64,000 bases of DNA from Clostridia bacterium (GCA_017448355.1 JAFSLQ010000042.1:6853-70852); one strand, 5' to 3'. Shown: positions 48,855 to 59,661, counted from the stretch's first letter. The notes: generated by a model not told the origin, from the letters alone. Program-made: numbers and translations.

Positions 48855-50333
48855 ATGGAAAAATACGACATTTACGGCGATATAGCGAAAAGAACGGGCG
48901 GGGAAATATTTATCGGAGTGGTAGGGCCTGTAAGAACGGGCAAGTCGACTTTTATTACAAAGTTTACGGAAAACTTTGTTCTTCCGAATATAAGTAACAA
49001 ACTGCAACGTCAGATTGCGCTTGATGAAATGCCACAATCGGCGGATGGCAAAACAATTATGACTACTCAGCCGAAGTTTATTCCGGCAAACGGTGTTAAA
49101 GTACAGTTTAAGAACAAAACAACGGCACAAGTCAGGCTGGTGGACTGCGTCGGGTATTTTGTCGAAGGGGCTTCGGGACACGAAGAAAACGGCAATCCGC
49201 GCCTTGTCAAAACCCCTTGGAGCGAGACCGAAATGACTTTTGAAAAGGCTGCCGAATTCGGTACGGAAAAGGTTATCGAAGAATATTCGACAGTAGGTGT
49301 GGTGATTACTACCGACGGGAGTTTCGGAGAAATTCCCAGAGAGAATTATGTGGACGCGGAAGATAGGGTAATTAAGAAACTTAATTCCAAAAATAAACCG
49401 TATATAATAATATTAAACAGCGCGGACGTTAATTCTAAAAAGGCTATCGACACTAAAAACAAACTCGAAGAAAAATACGGGGTATCGGTCGCACTTGTAA
49501 ACGTTATGAAAATGACCGCGGATGATATAAGCGATATTATGGAAAAGATGCTTTTAGAATTTCCTATGCAATCGTTTAATATTAATATTCCGAAATGGAT
49601 GCAGTCGCTTTCCGCTGACAGTCCGTTAATATCGAGACTTTTGACCGAAACTAAAAAGGCTTCCGAAGCCATGTTCAAAATGAAGGATTTTTCAAAAATC
49701 AGCGAACTGTTCAGCGACGATGAAGAATACGAAAATATTGAACTTTCCGAATTAAACCTTGCAAACGGCGTCGGAGAGTATAAAGCACGGGTCAAGGACG
49801 GAGTTTTCTATAAAGAACTTTCGGCAGAGTGCGGTGAAGAAATTGCCGACGAATACGGACTGTTTAAGTTTATAAAAGGCTTTTCGGCGTCAAAGCGTAA
49901 GTTTGCTAAAATTAAAGACGCGCTGACCGAAGCGGAAGAGAACGGCTACGGCGTAGTGTTGCCTTCCTTTGACGAGATGAATTTAGAAGAACCAGTTCTT
50001 GTGAAAAAAGGCGGCAGTTACGGGGTAAAACTAAAAGCGTCCGCACCGAGTTTGCATATTATGAAAGTTGACGTTTCTACCGAAGTTTCGCCGATTGTAG
50101 GCACGGAAAAGCAGGGCGAAGATTTGATTAATTTTATAATGAATAAATTCGAAGATAATCCCGCGGGTATCTGGGAGACGAATATGTTCGGCAAATCCTT
50201 ACACGACCTTGTTAAAGAAGGTATGGCGGGGAAAATTTATGCAATGCCTAAGGATGCGCAGAATAAAATGCGTAGAACAGTTACGCGAATAGTCAACGAA
50301 AATAAAGGCGGACTTATTTGTATTCTTTTGTAA
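48855..50333 (+). CDS. spoIVA: stage IV sporulation protein A (spore coat morphogenetic ATPase)
   Basis: YGDIAKRTGG, Walker A GPVRTGKST and about 490 aa. GGGAGG RBS before ATG 48855. Confidence 0.93.
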   Translation: MEKYDIYGDIAKRTGGEIFIGVVGPVRTGKSTFITKFTENFVLPNISNKLQRQIALDEMPQSADGKTIMTTQPKFIPANGVKVQFKNKTTAQVRLVDCVGYFVEGASGHEENGNPRLVKTPWSETEMTFEKAAEFGTEKVIEEYSTVGVVITTDGSFGEIPRENYVDAEDRVIKKLNSKNKPYIIILNSADVNSKKAIDTKNKLEEKYGVSVALVNVMKMTADDISDIMEKMLLEFPMQSFNINIPKWMQSLSADSPLISRLLTETKKASEAMFKMKDFSKISELFSDDEEYENIELSELNLANGVGEYKARVKDGVFYKELSAECGEEIADEYGLFKFIKGFSASKRKFAKIKDALTEAEENGYGVVLPSFDEMNLEEPVLVKKGGSYGVKLKASAPSLHIMKVDVSTEVSPIVGTEKQGEDLINFIMNKFEDNPAGIWETNMFGKSLHDLVKEGMAGKIYAMPKDAQNKMRRTVTRIVNENKGGLICILL

Positions 50334-50339
50334 AAACGC

Positions 50340-50368
50340 TTGACAATCTTTTGTTACGGTGTTAAACT
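50340..50368 (+). promoter_or_regulatory. sigma-A promoter TTGACA-17-TAAACT for the ArsR-family gene
   Basis: Hexamers at 50340-50345 and 50363-50368. Confidence 0.55.
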
Positions 50369-50370
50369 AA

Positions 50371-50390
50371 ATATTAGTAAACGCTAATAT
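50371..50390. promoter_or_regulatory. candidate ArsR/SmtB operator ATATTAGTAAACGCTAATAT
   Basis: 7-bp inverted arms ATATTAG / CTAATAT, immediately downstream of the -10. Confidence 0.5.
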
Positions 50391-50403
50391 AGGTTTTGGG
50401 GAA

Positions 50404-50748
50404 ATGAAGAGTTGTGTTACTGATAAACACGAACAAATAAGACGAAAACTTTCGGATTCCGAAACGTTTTTAAACGGGGTGGAAGAAACGAGCAAGATTT
50501 TTGCTATGCTTGGCGAACCCGTTAGAATGAAGATTATTCTTGCGCTTATGGAAGGTGAATTGTGCGTTTATCATATCTGCGAGATAACGGGCGGCAAACA
50601 GTCGGCGATTTCGCAGCATTTACGCAAATTAAAGGACAGTAAGATTGTAAAATCGCGCAAAGAAGCAAATCAGGTTCTATACTCAATTTGCGACGAGCAT
50701 ATTTTTACTATTGTGAAAACAGCGTTAGAACATAGTAAATGTCATTAA
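50404..50748 (+). CDS. ArsR/SmtB-family metalloregulatory repressor (CadC-like)
   Basis: Winged HTH ...ELCVYHICEITGGKQSAISQHLRKLKD... Lies upstream of the P-type ATPase. Confidence 0.85.
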   Translation: MKSCVTDKHEQIRRKLSDSETFLNGVEETSKIFAMLGEPVRMKIILALMEGELCVYHICEITGGKQSAISQHLRKLKDSKIVKSRKEANQVLYSICDEHIFTIVKTALEHSKCH

Positions 50749-50760
50749 AAAAACTAAATT

Positions 50761-50784
50761 AAAAGGCAAATTTGTTTGCCTTTT
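50761..50784 (+). terminator. weak hairpin / partial terminator between regulator and ATPase genes
   Basis: AAAAGGCAAA-TTTG-TTTGCCTTTT. Confidence 0.45.
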
Positions 50785-50796
50785 AAAAACGTCAAT

Positions 50797-50816
50797 ATAT
50801 TAGTAAATTATAATAT
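50797..50816. promoter_or_regulatory. second copy of the operator-like element, ATATTAGTAAATTATAATAT
   Basis: Identical to the 50371-50390 element at 17 of 20 positions. Overlaps a TATAAT at 50809-50814. Confidence 0.45.
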
Positions 50817-50846
50817 TCTGTTATAATAAAATTCTAAGGAGACTTT

Positions 50847-52688
50847 ATGAAAAAAGAAAATGGCGAGAGAGTTTTTACTGTAATTAAACTTGTTTTAAGC
50901 GGTATTTTATTGATATTATCGCTTATAATAAACGTTCAGCCGCTTGTAAAAATGATTGTTTTAATCGCGGCTGCTATAATTTCAGGATACGAAATAGTAT
51001 ATAAATCATTTAGAAATTTATTACATAAAGAATTTTTTGATGAGAACACTTTAATGCTAATTGCGGTTATAACCGCGTTTATTATTGGCGAATCTGTCGA
51101 AGGCGTACTAGTGGTTTTGCTGTACTCGTTAGGCGAGTTTTTAGAAGATCTTGCTACCGATCGTTCAAAAGAGAAAATTGCTGGGTTATCCGAACTTAAA
51201 AGCGTTACGGCAAATTTAATGGTTGACGGCAAGGTTAAAGAAGTTGAGCCGTCGGTTATAAAAATCGGCAGTTTAATTTTAGTACGAAAAGGGGACAGAG
51301 TTCCGATAGACGGTGTAATAGTGAGCGGCGTTTCCGAATTTGACCTTAAAGCGTTGACGGGTGAGAGTAAACTTTTTAGCAAAGGCGAAGGCGATAAGAT
51401 TTACAGCGGTTCTATTAATCTTGGCGACGCGGTTGTTGTTAAAACCGAAAAACTGTATAAAGACAGTACCGTTGAAAAGATTATCGAAATGGTTGAAAAT
51501 TCTTCCGAAAGGAAGGCAAAAAGTCAAAAATTTATTACTTCTTTTGCAAAAGTTTATACGCCGTGCGTAGTTTTGCTTGCGGTGCTTATTGCTGTTATTC
51601 CGCCGTTTTTCGATGGGAACGATTTTGTTAAGTGGATTTATAAAGCGCTTTCGTTTTTGATTATTGCCTGCCCGTGCGCGCTGGTTATCTCTGTTCCGCT
51701 TTGCTTTTTTATGGGTATCGGTGCGCTTGCAAAACGCGGGATTTTGGTTAAAGGCGGAAATTATATAGACGCACTATCTAAGGTTAAGGTTGCCGTATTC
51801 GATAAAACCGGAACGCTTACCACGGGAAATTTTTCGGTAGGCAAGATTGTGTTGCATAACGGATACTCTGAACAAGACGTTTTAAAAATTGCCGCATCAA
51901 TCGAGCAAGGGTCGTCGCATCCGGTTGCAACAGCGTTAAAAACTGCCGTAAACGGTGAATTAAGCCATGTTGATGCTATAAAAGAAATTTCGGGTTGCGG
52001 TGTGTCGGGTCAAATTGACGGGATAAAATATTGCGTCGGAAATATTAAAGTTTTAGACGGTAAAACGGAGAATATTGAACTTAACACCGAAAATAACGTT
52101 GTTTTCGTTGTTGCGAACGGAGATTTGATAGGCGAAATCGAATTAAAGGATGATATAAAGATGGAGAGTGAGCGGCTTATAAAAGATTTGCATAAACTTG
52201 GCGTTTCAAAGACGGTGATATTAAGCGGAGACAAAAAGGAGATGACCCAAAAAATGGCAAATTTTGTAGGAGCAGATTATTTTTATGCCGAACTGTTACC
52301 AAGCGAAAAGACCGAAAAAATCGCAGATATTGCAAATAAAAACGATGGTAAACTATTATTTTGCGGAGACGGAATAAACGACGCACCTTCGGTTGCGGCG
52401 GCTGACGTCGGTGTTGCGATGGGCGCGCTTGGCAGCGAAGCGACGGTTGACTCGGCAGACGTTGTTATTGCGGATGATAATTTGCTAAAAATACCGTACG
52501 CTATAAAAAAATCCAAGATAATAAGGCGCAAAGTGATAGCAAATATAGCGGCATCCATTGCAGTAAAAATTGCTATAATGGCGTTAAGCGTGTTTACGCC
52601 TCTGCCCATATTTGTTGCAATGCTTGGCGACGTGGGGGTTATGCTTTTGGCTGTTTTAAATTCATTATCAATCAGTTTATATAAGTAA
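50847..52688 (+). CDS. heavy-metal (Cd/Zn/Co-type) P1B-type ATPase without an N-terminal HMA domain
   Basis: TM CPC motif (IIACPCALV), DKTGTLT phosphorylation site, GDGINDAP hinge. The first ~90 aa are membrane helices and there is no CxxC HMA fold. Confidence 0.88.
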   Translation: MKKENGERVFTVIKLVLSGILLILSLIINVQPLVKMIVLIAAAIISGYEIVYKSFRNLLHKEFFDENTLMLIAVITAFIIGESVEGVLVVLLYSLGEFLEDLATDRSKEKIAGLSELKSVTANLMVDGKVKEVEPSVIKIGSLILVRKGDRVPIDGVIVSGVSEFDLKALTGESKLFSKGEGDKIYSGSINLGDAVVVKTEKLYKDSTVEKIIEMVENSSERKAKSQKFITSFAKVYTPCVVLLAVLIAVIPPFFDGNDFVKWIYKALSFLIIACPCALVISVPLCFFMGIGALAKRGILVKGGNYIDALSKVKVAVFDKTGTLTTGNFSVGKIVLHNGYSEQDVLKIAASIEQGSSHPVATALKTAVNGELSHVDAIKEISGCGVSGQIDGIKYCVGNIKVLDGKTENIELNTENNVVFVVANGDLIGEIELKDDIKMESERLIKDLHKLGVSKTVILSGDKKEMTQKMANFVGADYFYAELLPSEKTEKIADIANKNDGKLLFCGDGINDAPSVAAADVGVAMGALGSEATVDSADVVIADDNLLKIPYAIKKSKIIRRKVIANIAASIAVKIAIMALSVFTPLPIFVAMLGDVGVMLLAVLNSLSISLYK

Positions 52689-52696
52689 TATGTAGA

Positions 52697-52729
52697 CGCC
52701 GTTCCCGACTAAATTGTTCGGGAACGGCG
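52697..52729. terminator. bidirectional intrinsic terminator
   Basis: 12-bp stem CGCCGTTCCCGA / TCGGGAACGGCG between convergent genes. Confidence 0.8.
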
Positions 52730-52733
52730 AGTT

Positions 52734-53546
52734 TTATTCATTTTTATATTTTATAATAACTTTTTCAAGTGTCGCGATAAGAACGTACATAAGCGTTGCA
52801 AGTACACAGAGGACTACGGTAGACGCCATGACTAAATCAAGTTTAAAAACTTGCCCGCCGTAAACGATAAGATATCCGAGTCCTGCACGGGAAACCAAGT
52901 ATTCACCCATAATCGAGCCTATCCATGCCATGCCGACGCTTATTTTAAGCATGCTGATGAGTGTGGGGATGCTTCCGGGGATAACGAGTTTTAACAAAAT
53001 TTGAAATTTATTTGCACCAAACGAGCGTAAAAGTAAAATTTTATTTTTATCAATCGCTAAAAAACCGTTAAGCATAGTCATAATCGCAACGATAATTCCG
53101 ATTATAAACGCCATAAAAATTATGGATTTTTCTCCGCTTCCGAACCAGATTATTATAATAGGTCCGAGTGCGATTTTCGGTAGGCTGTTAAGCACTACGA
53201 TATATGGTTCTAACACCTTTCGGATTTTGTCGGACCACCATAGAAGTAGTGCGACCGTATAACCTACGCCGACTGCAAAAATAAAGCCGACAACCGTTTC
53301 GTATAATGTTATTCCGATATGATAAGTGAAATTATCATTTATAAAGAGATTTTTTAAGGTTTTGACTATTCTTGACGGGGAACTGGTTATAAAGGGGTCA
53401 ATAATCCCATTTTCGGCAAACAATTCCCATATGCCTAATAGTGCGATAAGTAAAAAAATTCTTAAAAATATAATCGAAAATTTATCCCTTTTTCGTTTAT
53501 TCAGATATTTAATTCTTTCTTTTGAATATGCAGTCAACTTCTTCAT
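52734..53546 (-). CDS. ABC transporter permease (NitT/TauT, BPD_transp_1 family)
   Basis: Six TM helices. The ATGA overlap with the ATPase stop favours a start at 53546 (the ORF track gives 53564). Confidence 0.82.
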   Translation of the reverse strand: MKKLTAYSKERIKYLNKRKRDKFSIIFLRIFLLIALLGIWELFAENGIIDPFITSSPSRIVKTLKNLFINDNFTYHIGITLYETVVGFIFAVGVGYTVALLLWWSDKIRKVLEPYIVVLNSLPKIALGPIIIIWFGSGEKSIIFMAFIIGIIVAIMTMLNGFLAIDKNKILLLRSFGANKFQILLKLVIPGSIPTLISMLKISVGMAWIGSIMGEYLVSRAGLGYLIVYGGQVFKLDLVMASTVVLCVLATLMYVLIATLEKVIIKYKNE

Positions 53547-54298
53547 ACGTGTAATTCTCTCCATATTTTTTCAAACCAAATACTAAAATCGGGGCTTTCT
53601 CTTTTGCGTATCGGGGAGTCGCCTTCTATGTTTGGGATAAATATCGATTTCACCTTTGCAGGTCTAGCGGTTAGCACTATGATTATGTCTGACATAGAGA
53701 TTGCTTCCGATATGTCGTGCGTAACCAAAATGGCGGTTTTTTGTTCTGACTTTATGATTTTATAAACGTCGTCGCATACAGACAGTCTCGTTTGTGAATC
53801 GAGTGCTGAAAAAGGTTCGTCAAGTAATAAGAGTTCCGGATTCGATACGAGAGTGCGTATAAGCGCAACTCTTTGTCGCATACCGCCGGACAGTTCGTCG
53901 GGGTAATTTTTTCTGAAATCGTAAAGCCCGTATTTTTTTAACAAGGATATCGCGTTTTCTTTTGCCGACTTGCTTTTTATTCCCTTAATTTCAAGCGGAA
54001 GAAAGATGTTTCTTTCAATATTTCGCCACGCGAACAACTCGTCTTTTTGTAGCATATAACCAAGATTTTCGCGTTTTAAAGGGTTCTTTTCGCCGCTAAT
54101 GCTGATTTCCCCGAAAGTCGGGGAAATCAGCCCTGCAATCAGCGATAAAACCGTAGTTTTTCCACAGCCCGAAGGTCCGATTATAGACATAAAATCGCCT
54201 TTATTACAGTAAAAAGACAGATTTTTTATTGCCGTAATTTCGTCTTTCGGCGTCTGGTAGGTAAGCGATACGTCTTTAAGTTCAAGTAGTTTTTCCAT
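53543..54298 (-). CDS. ABC transporter ATP-binding protein (nitrate/sulfonate/HMP type)
   Basis: GPSGCGKTT, LSGGMRQR, LLLDEPF. Confidence 0.9.
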   Translation of the reverse strand: MEKLLELKDVSLTYQTPKDEITAIKNLSFYCNKGDFMSIIGPSGCGKTTVLSLIAGLISPTFGEISISGEKNPLKRENLGYMLQKDELFAWRNIERNIFLPLEIKGIKSKSAKENAISLLKKYGLYDFRKNYPDELSGGMRQRVALIRTLVSNPELLLLDEPFSALDSQTRLSVCDDVYKIIKSEQKTAILVTHDISEAISMSDIIIVLTARPAKVKSIFIPNIEGDSPIRKRESPDFSIWFEKIWRELHV

Positions 54299-54327
54299 AG
54301 TTTTATCCTGCCGTGAAAGTTTTTCTT

Positions 54328-55317
54328 TTAGCCGAATATCTCTTTTACGTAACTATTATCGACTAATTTACTGAACGGCACTTTCGAACTAAGTTCGCCG
54401 GCGTTTACCATAATATCTTGAAGCCTGTCGAAACTCTTTGCGGTAGCCGTCATATCGCTTTTCCATGCGTCAATCTTTTTATAACTTTTAACCGACGCTT
54501 CGAGTGAAGTTATCGTTGTGGAAGGGAATTGTTTTACTATCGCTTCCGCAACTTCTCTTTCGGTATGCGTTTTTAAGAATTCAAAGGCTTTTTTAAGCGC
54601 GCGCAAAAAGCCTTTTACTGTATCTTGATTGTTAGACAAATAACTGTCAAGCGCTATAAACGAAGTATAAGGGATTTCGCCGCTTTGTTCGCCTACGCTG
54701 CCGACTATATACCACTTGCCTTCGCTTTGATATTCGGACGCGGTGGGTTCAAAAACCGTGCAGTAATCGGCTGTGCCGCCTATAAACGCACTCGTCATCA
54801 GGTTGAACTGCACGTCGAAGTTAAGCGTTAAATCCGTACCGTTATAAAGTCCGAGTTCGTTCATCATATACTCGAACGTCATTGCGGGCACGCCGCCTTT
54901 TCTGCCTGCTAAAATTTCTTTATCTTTTAAGTCGCTCCACTTAAAATTAGGTTCGGGATTTCTCGAAACAAGGAAAGAACCGTCCCTTTGCGTCAGTTGT
55001 CCGAATACCTTTGGAGCATCTTTTTTGCCTTGATTGTAAACGTAAACTACGGTTTCGGGTCCCATAAGCGCGATTTGTGCCGTTCCCGATAAAAGCGCAG
55101 TCATTGATTTATCCGCGCCGCCGCCGTTCGTCAGATTGACTTTTATTTGTTCTTCTTCAAAATACCCGTTTTCTATCGCTATGTATAGCGGAGCGTAGAA
55201 TACGGAGTGGGTTACTTCGTTGAGTTCGATAGTTTTTACGTCGGCTTTTTTATCGCAGCCCGCAAAAGGGCAAATAGCCATAACGACTGCCAAAATTGTT
55301 AATATCAGTTTTTTCAT
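54328..55317 (-). CDS. ABC substrate-binding lipoprotein, NMT1/THI5-like (SsuA/ThiY-type)
   Basis: Lipobox ...FAGC at residues 18-21 and an NMT1-like periplasmic binding fold. First gene of the three-gene importer operon. Confidence 0.8.
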   Translation of the reverse strand: MKKLILTILAVVMAICPFAGCDKKADVKTIELNEVTHSVFYAPLYIAIENGYFEEEQIKVNLTNGGGADKSMTALLSGTAQIALMGPETVVYVYNQGKKDAPKVFGQLTQRDGSFLVSRNPEPNFKWSDLKDKEILAGRKGGVPAMTFEYMMNELGLYNGTDLTLNFDVQFNLMTSAFIGGTADYCTVFEPTASEYQSEGKWYIVGSVGEQSGEIPYTSFIALDSYLSNNQDTVKGFLRALKKAFEFLKTHTEREVAEAIVKQFPSTTITSLEASVKSYKKIDAWKSDMTATAKSFDRLQDIMVNAGELSSKVPFSKLVDNSYVKEIFG

Positions 55318-55391
55318 TTTTTCTCTCCGAAAAATTTTTTATAGTTTATAGTATGAATTTGAGATATTATTTGACACGTTTACACTTTTAA

Positions 55392-55420
55392 TTGACAAGC
55401 GGTTTTTTATAATGTATAAT
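55392..55420 (+). promoter_or_regulatory. consensus sigma-A promoter TTGACA-17-TATAAT for valS
   Basis: Hexamers at 55392-55397 and 55415-55420, leaving a leader of only about 25-30 nt before valS. Confidence 0.65.
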
Positions 55421-55451
55421 GTTATGCGTTATATAAAAAGGAGAAAATGTC

Positions 55452-58076
55452 ATGGAAATGGCAAAAACTTACAATCCTTCGGAATTTGAAAAAGAAATTT
55501 ACGAGGATTGGGAAAAACAGGGCTGTTTTAAAGCGAAAGTTGACGCCGAAAAACTGCCTTTTACTATCGTTATACCGCCGCCCAACATCACGGGGCAACT
55601 TCATATGGGACACGCCTTGGACGAAACGCTTCAGGATACGCTTATAAGATTTAAGCGTATGCAAGGTTACAGCGCGTTATGGTTACCGGGTACTGACCAC
55701 GCGTCTATCGCCACAGAAGTCAAAATTGTCGAACAGATGGCAAAAGAAGGGCTTACCAAAAAAGACGTCGGAAGAGACGGGTTTTTAGAACGCGCTTGGG
55801 CGTGGAAGGAAAAATACGGCGGCAGAATTATCGAACAGTTAAAACTTTTAGGTTCTTCCTGCGACTGGTCGAGACTTTCGTTTACTATGGACGAAAGGTG
55901 TTCGCGCGCGGTCAAGGAAGTATTTGTCAATCTTTACGATAAGGGACTTATATATAGGGGAGACAGGATTATAAACTGGTGTCCCGACTGTAAGACCGCA
56001 CTTTCCGACGCGGAAGTCGAATACGTAGAAGAAGACAGTCATTTATGGTATATCCGCTATCAGATAAAAGATACGGACGATTACATAACGGTTGCGACTT
56101 CGCGTCCCGAAACAATGTTCGGCGATACTGCGGTCGCGGTTAATCCAAAGGATAAGCGTTATAAGGGCTTAGAAGGCAAAACTTTGATTTTGCCGATTGT
56201 GAACAAGGAAATTCCGATAGTTTACGACGACTACGTTGAACTTGAATTCGGTACGGGCGCGGTCAAAATTACGCCTGCGCACGACCCGAACGACTTTGAA
56301 GTGGGGCTTAGACATAACTTGCCCGTCGTAAAGGTTTTAAACGACGACGGTACGATGAACGATAACGCGGGGCATTATAGCGGTATGAAGGCGTTAGAGT
56401 GCCGCGAAAAGGTCGTTGAAGAATTAAAAGAAATCGGTGCGTTTGTTAAAATCGAACCGCTTCATCATAACGTCGGGCATTGTTACAGGTGCCATCATAC
56501 CGTCGAACCGATTGTTTCAAAACAATGGTTTGTCAAGATGGAACCGCTTGCAAAACCCGCTATCGACGCCGTAAGGAAAAAAAGCGTTAAGTTTACGCCC
56601 GAAAGATTTTCCAAAATCTACTTTAACTGGATGGAAAACGTCAAAGACTGGTGCATTTCCCGTCAACTCTGGTGGGGGCATAGAATTCCCGCTTATTACT
56701 GCGAAGATTGCGGCGAAATGACCATTTCCAAAGAAGACGTTAAGGTATGTCCTAAGTGCGGCGGGACGCATATAAAGCAGGACGAAGACGTTCTCGACAC
56801 CTGGTTTTCTTCGGCGCTTTGGCCGTTTTCGACTTTGGGATATCCCGAAATCACCGAAGACCTTAAATATTTTTACCCGACAGACGTTTTGGTTACCGGC
56901 TACGATATAATTTTCTTCTGGGTTGCCCGTATGATATTCTCCGGCATAGAACATATGCAAAGAATACCGTTTAAAAACGTGCTTATTCACGGGCTTGTGC
57001 GCGATTCGCAGGGAAGAAAAATGAGTAAATCGCTCGGAAACGGTATTGACCCGACGGAAATTATCGCAAAATACGGTGCGGATACGTTAAGATTTTCGCT
57101 TATAAACGGGGTTGCGGCGGGTAGCGATATGAGATTTTCCGACGAAAAGTTGGAAGGCGCGCGCAACTTTATGAATAAAATCTGGAATGCGTCGCGGTTC
57201 GTGCTTTTAAATGCCGAAGGAAAGAAAATTCTTCCTATAAAAGATGTAAAACTTACGGTCGCGGACAAGTGGATAATAACACGGCTTAATAAAACCGTTA
57301 AAGACGTTACCATTAATATGGAAAAATACGAAATGGGCGTTGCGCTTGCAAATCTTTACGATTTTGTTTGGAGTGATTTCTGCGACTGGTATATTGAGTT
57401 TACTAAGCCCGTTTTATACGGCGAAGACGAAGTTAAAACCACGGAAACCGTCAGCGTTCTTATCTACGTACTTGATAAAATTATCAAACTGTTGCATCCG
57501 TTCTTACCGTTTATAACCGAACAGATTTATAAAAATATGCCGGAAACCAACGGGTTTTTGATGCTTTCAGAATTTCCGAAATACGAAACGAAACAGAACT
57601 ATTCTGTGGCTGTAAGCGAGATTGAAACCGTCAAAGAAATAATTAAAACCGTAAGGAACGTAAAGGCAAAAACCGGCGCTGCGCCTTCAAAGAAAATTAC
57701 GCTTTACGTTTCTACCGAAAAGCAGTCGGCGATAAAAGCAGGTATCTCTTATATAAAGAAACTTGCGGGCGTTTCGGAAGTGAAATTTATCAAAGACAAA
57801 TCGGAACTCACTGAAAAAATTATTTCGCAGGTTATCGATAAAGCCGAACTTTATATTCCGCTCGGCGAACTCGTTGATTTTGATAAAGAGATAGAACGTA
57901 TCAAAAAAGAACTCGAAAACGTTGAAAACGAAATCGCGCGGGCAAGCGGTAAACTTGCAAACAAAGGCTTTTTGGACAAAGCACCGAAAGCGCTTGTCGA
58001 ACAGGAACGTTTAAAGTACGATAAATTTATCGATATGCGTGAAAAATTAAATAAGCAGTTGAAAGATTTAACCTAA
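55452..58076 (+). CDS. valS: valine--tRNA ligase
   Basis: [15 protein letters not shown] (HIGH), KMSKS, CP1 editing domain, C-terminal coiled coil. Confidence 0.96.
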   Translation: MEMAKTYNPSEFEKEIYEDWEKQGCFKAKVDAEKLPFTIVIPPPNITGQLHMGHALDETLQDTLIRFKRMQGYSALWLPGTDHASIATEVKIVEQMAKEGLTKKDVGRDGFLERAWAWKEKYGGRIIEQLKLLGSSCDWSRLSFTMDERCSRAVKEVFVNLYDKGLIYRGDRIINWCPDCKTALSDAEVEYVEEDSHLWYIRYQIKDTDDYITVATSRPETMFGDTAVAVNPKDKRYKGLEGKTLILPIVNKEIPIVYDDYVELEFGTGAVKITPAHDPNDFEVGLRHNLPVVKVLNDDGTMNDNAGHYSGMKALECREKVVEELKEIGAFVKIEPLHHNVGHCYRCHHTVEPIVSKQWFVKMEPLAKPAIDAVRKKSVKFTPERFSKIYFNWMENVKDWCISRQLWWGHRIPAYYCEDCGEMTISKEDVKVCPKCGGTHIKQDEDVLDTWFSSALWPFSTLGYPEITEDLKYFYPTDVLVTGYDIIFFWVARMIFSGIEHMQRIPFKNVLIHGLVRDSQGRKMSKSLGNGIDPTEIIAKYGADTLRFSLINGVAAGSDMRFSDEKLEGARNFMNKIWNASRFVLLNAEGKKILPIKDVKLTVADKWIITRLNKTVKDVTINMEKYEMGVALANLYDFVWSDFCDWYIEFTKPVLYGEDEVKTTETVSVLIYVLDKIIKLLHPFLPFITEQIYKNMPETNGFLMLSEFPKYETKQNYSVAVSEIETVKEIIKTVRNVKAKTGAAPSKKITLYVSTEKQSAIKAGISYIKKLAGVSEVKFIKDKSELTEKIISQVIDKAELYIPLGELVDFDKEIERIKKELENVENEIARASGKLANKGFLDKAPKALVEQERLKYDKFIDMREKLNKQLKDLT

Positions 58077-58090
58077 ATTCAAAAACCGTA

Positions 58091-58120
58091 AAAATCTCGA
58101 CAATTTGTCGGGATTTTTTA
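58091..58120 (+). terminator. intrinsic terminator after valS
   Basis: ATCTCGAC-AATTT-GTCGGGAT stem (one G-U pair) followed by T6. Confidence 0.65.
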
Positions 58121-58220
58121 TGATTTAACAGGCGGAATTTTACTTTAAGATTGACTTTAAATATTTTTTATGATATTTTATATATTGAATTGTATATTAT
58201 AGTTTAAAAGGAGACATAAA

Positions 58221-59648
58221 ATGGCAATTAAAAGCGAATGGCAAAAATCAATGCAGATTAAAGTAGACTACAACAATATGATGGCGGACTATATCGGTGA
58301 AGAACAAGGCTTTACGGATAAGGAACTTTCTGCCGGTAAAAAAATTGCGGAAGCGGCATATAAAGACGTTGCCGATAATAGGGGCAACGGTATGATGGGT
58401 TGGACGGAACTTCCGTATAACCAAAACGAAATCGTAAAAGATATTATTGAAACCGCAAAAAATATAAGAAGAAAATTCGATAATTTCGTTGTGCTTGGAA
58501 TAGGTGGTTCGGCGTTAGGCCCGACTGCTGTTTTTCAGGCACTTTGTCATTTAAGACATAACGAACTTCCCAAAAAGGTTCGTAAAGCACCGAAATTCTA
58601 TGTTGAAGACAATATAGACCCCGAAAGGATGGCTGCGCTTTTTGACGTTCTTGATTTAGATAAAACTATGTTTAACGTTATTACAAAGAGTGGCGCGACC
58701 AGCGAAACAATGTCGCAGTATCTTATAATAATGGACAAACTTAAAGCGAAGTTCGGCGATAAAGCAAAAGAACATATGATTGCGACCACTTCCGCCAATA
58801 AAGGCAACCTTATTAAGATTGCAAAAGCCGAAGGTTTTAAAACCTTTTATATTCCCGACGGCGTAGGCGGAAGGTTTTCCGAATTGTCGCCCGTCGGCTT
58901 GCTTGCCGCCGCTGTTTTGGGTATCGATATAAAGGCGATGCTTAAAGGCGCGGCTTTTATGGACAAACTTTGCAAAACCAAAGATTTAAGAAAAAATCCT
59001 GCGCTTATTTCCGCGCTTTTACAGTACCTTTCGATGAAAAAAGGTAAGAACATTTCGGTTATGATGCCGTATGCCGACAGCCTTAAATATATCGCCGACT
59101 GGTATTGCCAGTTATGGGGCGAAAGTTTAGGAAAAGCGGACGATAAAGACGGCAACAAGGTTTACGCCGGACAGACGCCCGTTAAGGCGCTCGGCGTTAC
59201 CGACCAGCACTCTCAGATTCAACTTTACAGAGAAGGACCTTTCGATAAAGTTATAACTCTTATTGCGGTCGATAATTTCCGCAAGGAAACGCCTATAAGT
59301 AACGGTTGCAAAGATTTCCCCGACGTTAATTTCCTTTGCGGACATACGTTATCTGAACTTATCAATTCCGAAAGAAAGGCAACGGAATACGCTTTAACCA
59401 CTGCAAAAAGATTAAACTATACGGTAACTTTGCCCGAAGTTAACGCGTTTACCATAGGCGAACTCTTATACTACTTTGAACTCGAAACCGCTTATGCGGG
59501 CGCGATGCTTAATATCGACACTTTCAATCAACCTGGCGTAGAAGGCGGCAAAAACGCTACTTACGCGCTTTTCGGAAGAAAGGGTTACGAAAAGACCAGA
59601 GAAGAAATGGAAAACGCACCTAAGAAAAAAGCTGATTATATTTGTTAA
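58221..59648 (+). CDS. pgi: glucose-6-phosphate isomerase (Bacillus/Clostridium short type)
   Basis: VLGIGGSALGP, KSGATSET, GVTDQHSQ motifs. AAGGAG RBS. Confidence 0.9.
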   Translation: MAIKSEWQKSMQIKVDYNNMMADYIGEEQGFTDKELSAGKKIAEAAYKDVADNRGNGMMGWTELPYNQNEIVKDIIETAKNIRRKFDNFVVLGIGGSALGPTAVFQALCHLRHNELPKKVRKAPKFYVEDNIDPERMAALFDVLDLDKTMFNVITKSGATSETMSQYLIIMDKLKAKFGDKAKEHMIATTSANKGNLIKIAKAEGFKTFYIPDGVGGRFSELSPVGLLAAAVLGIDIKAMLKGAAFMDKLCKTKDLRKNPALISALLQYLSMKKGKNISVMMPYADSLKYIADWYCQLWGESLGKADDKDGNKVYAGQTPVKALGVTDQHSQIQLYREGPFDKVITLIAVDNFRKETPISNGCKDFPDVNFLCGHTLSELINSERKATEYALTTAKRLNYTVTLPEVNAFTIGELLYYFELETAYAGAMLNIDTFNQPGVEGGKNATYALFGRKGYEKTREEMENAPKKKADYIC

Positions 59649-59661
59649 AATTAGGAATACT

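Noticed and set aside
55318-55391. Possible TPP or other riboswitch upstream of the NMT1/THI5-like ABC importer operon (minus strand)
   Set aside because: Only about 70-100 nt are available, shared with the valS promoter. The region is AT-rich and has no CUGAGA/ACCUGA-type conserved cores.
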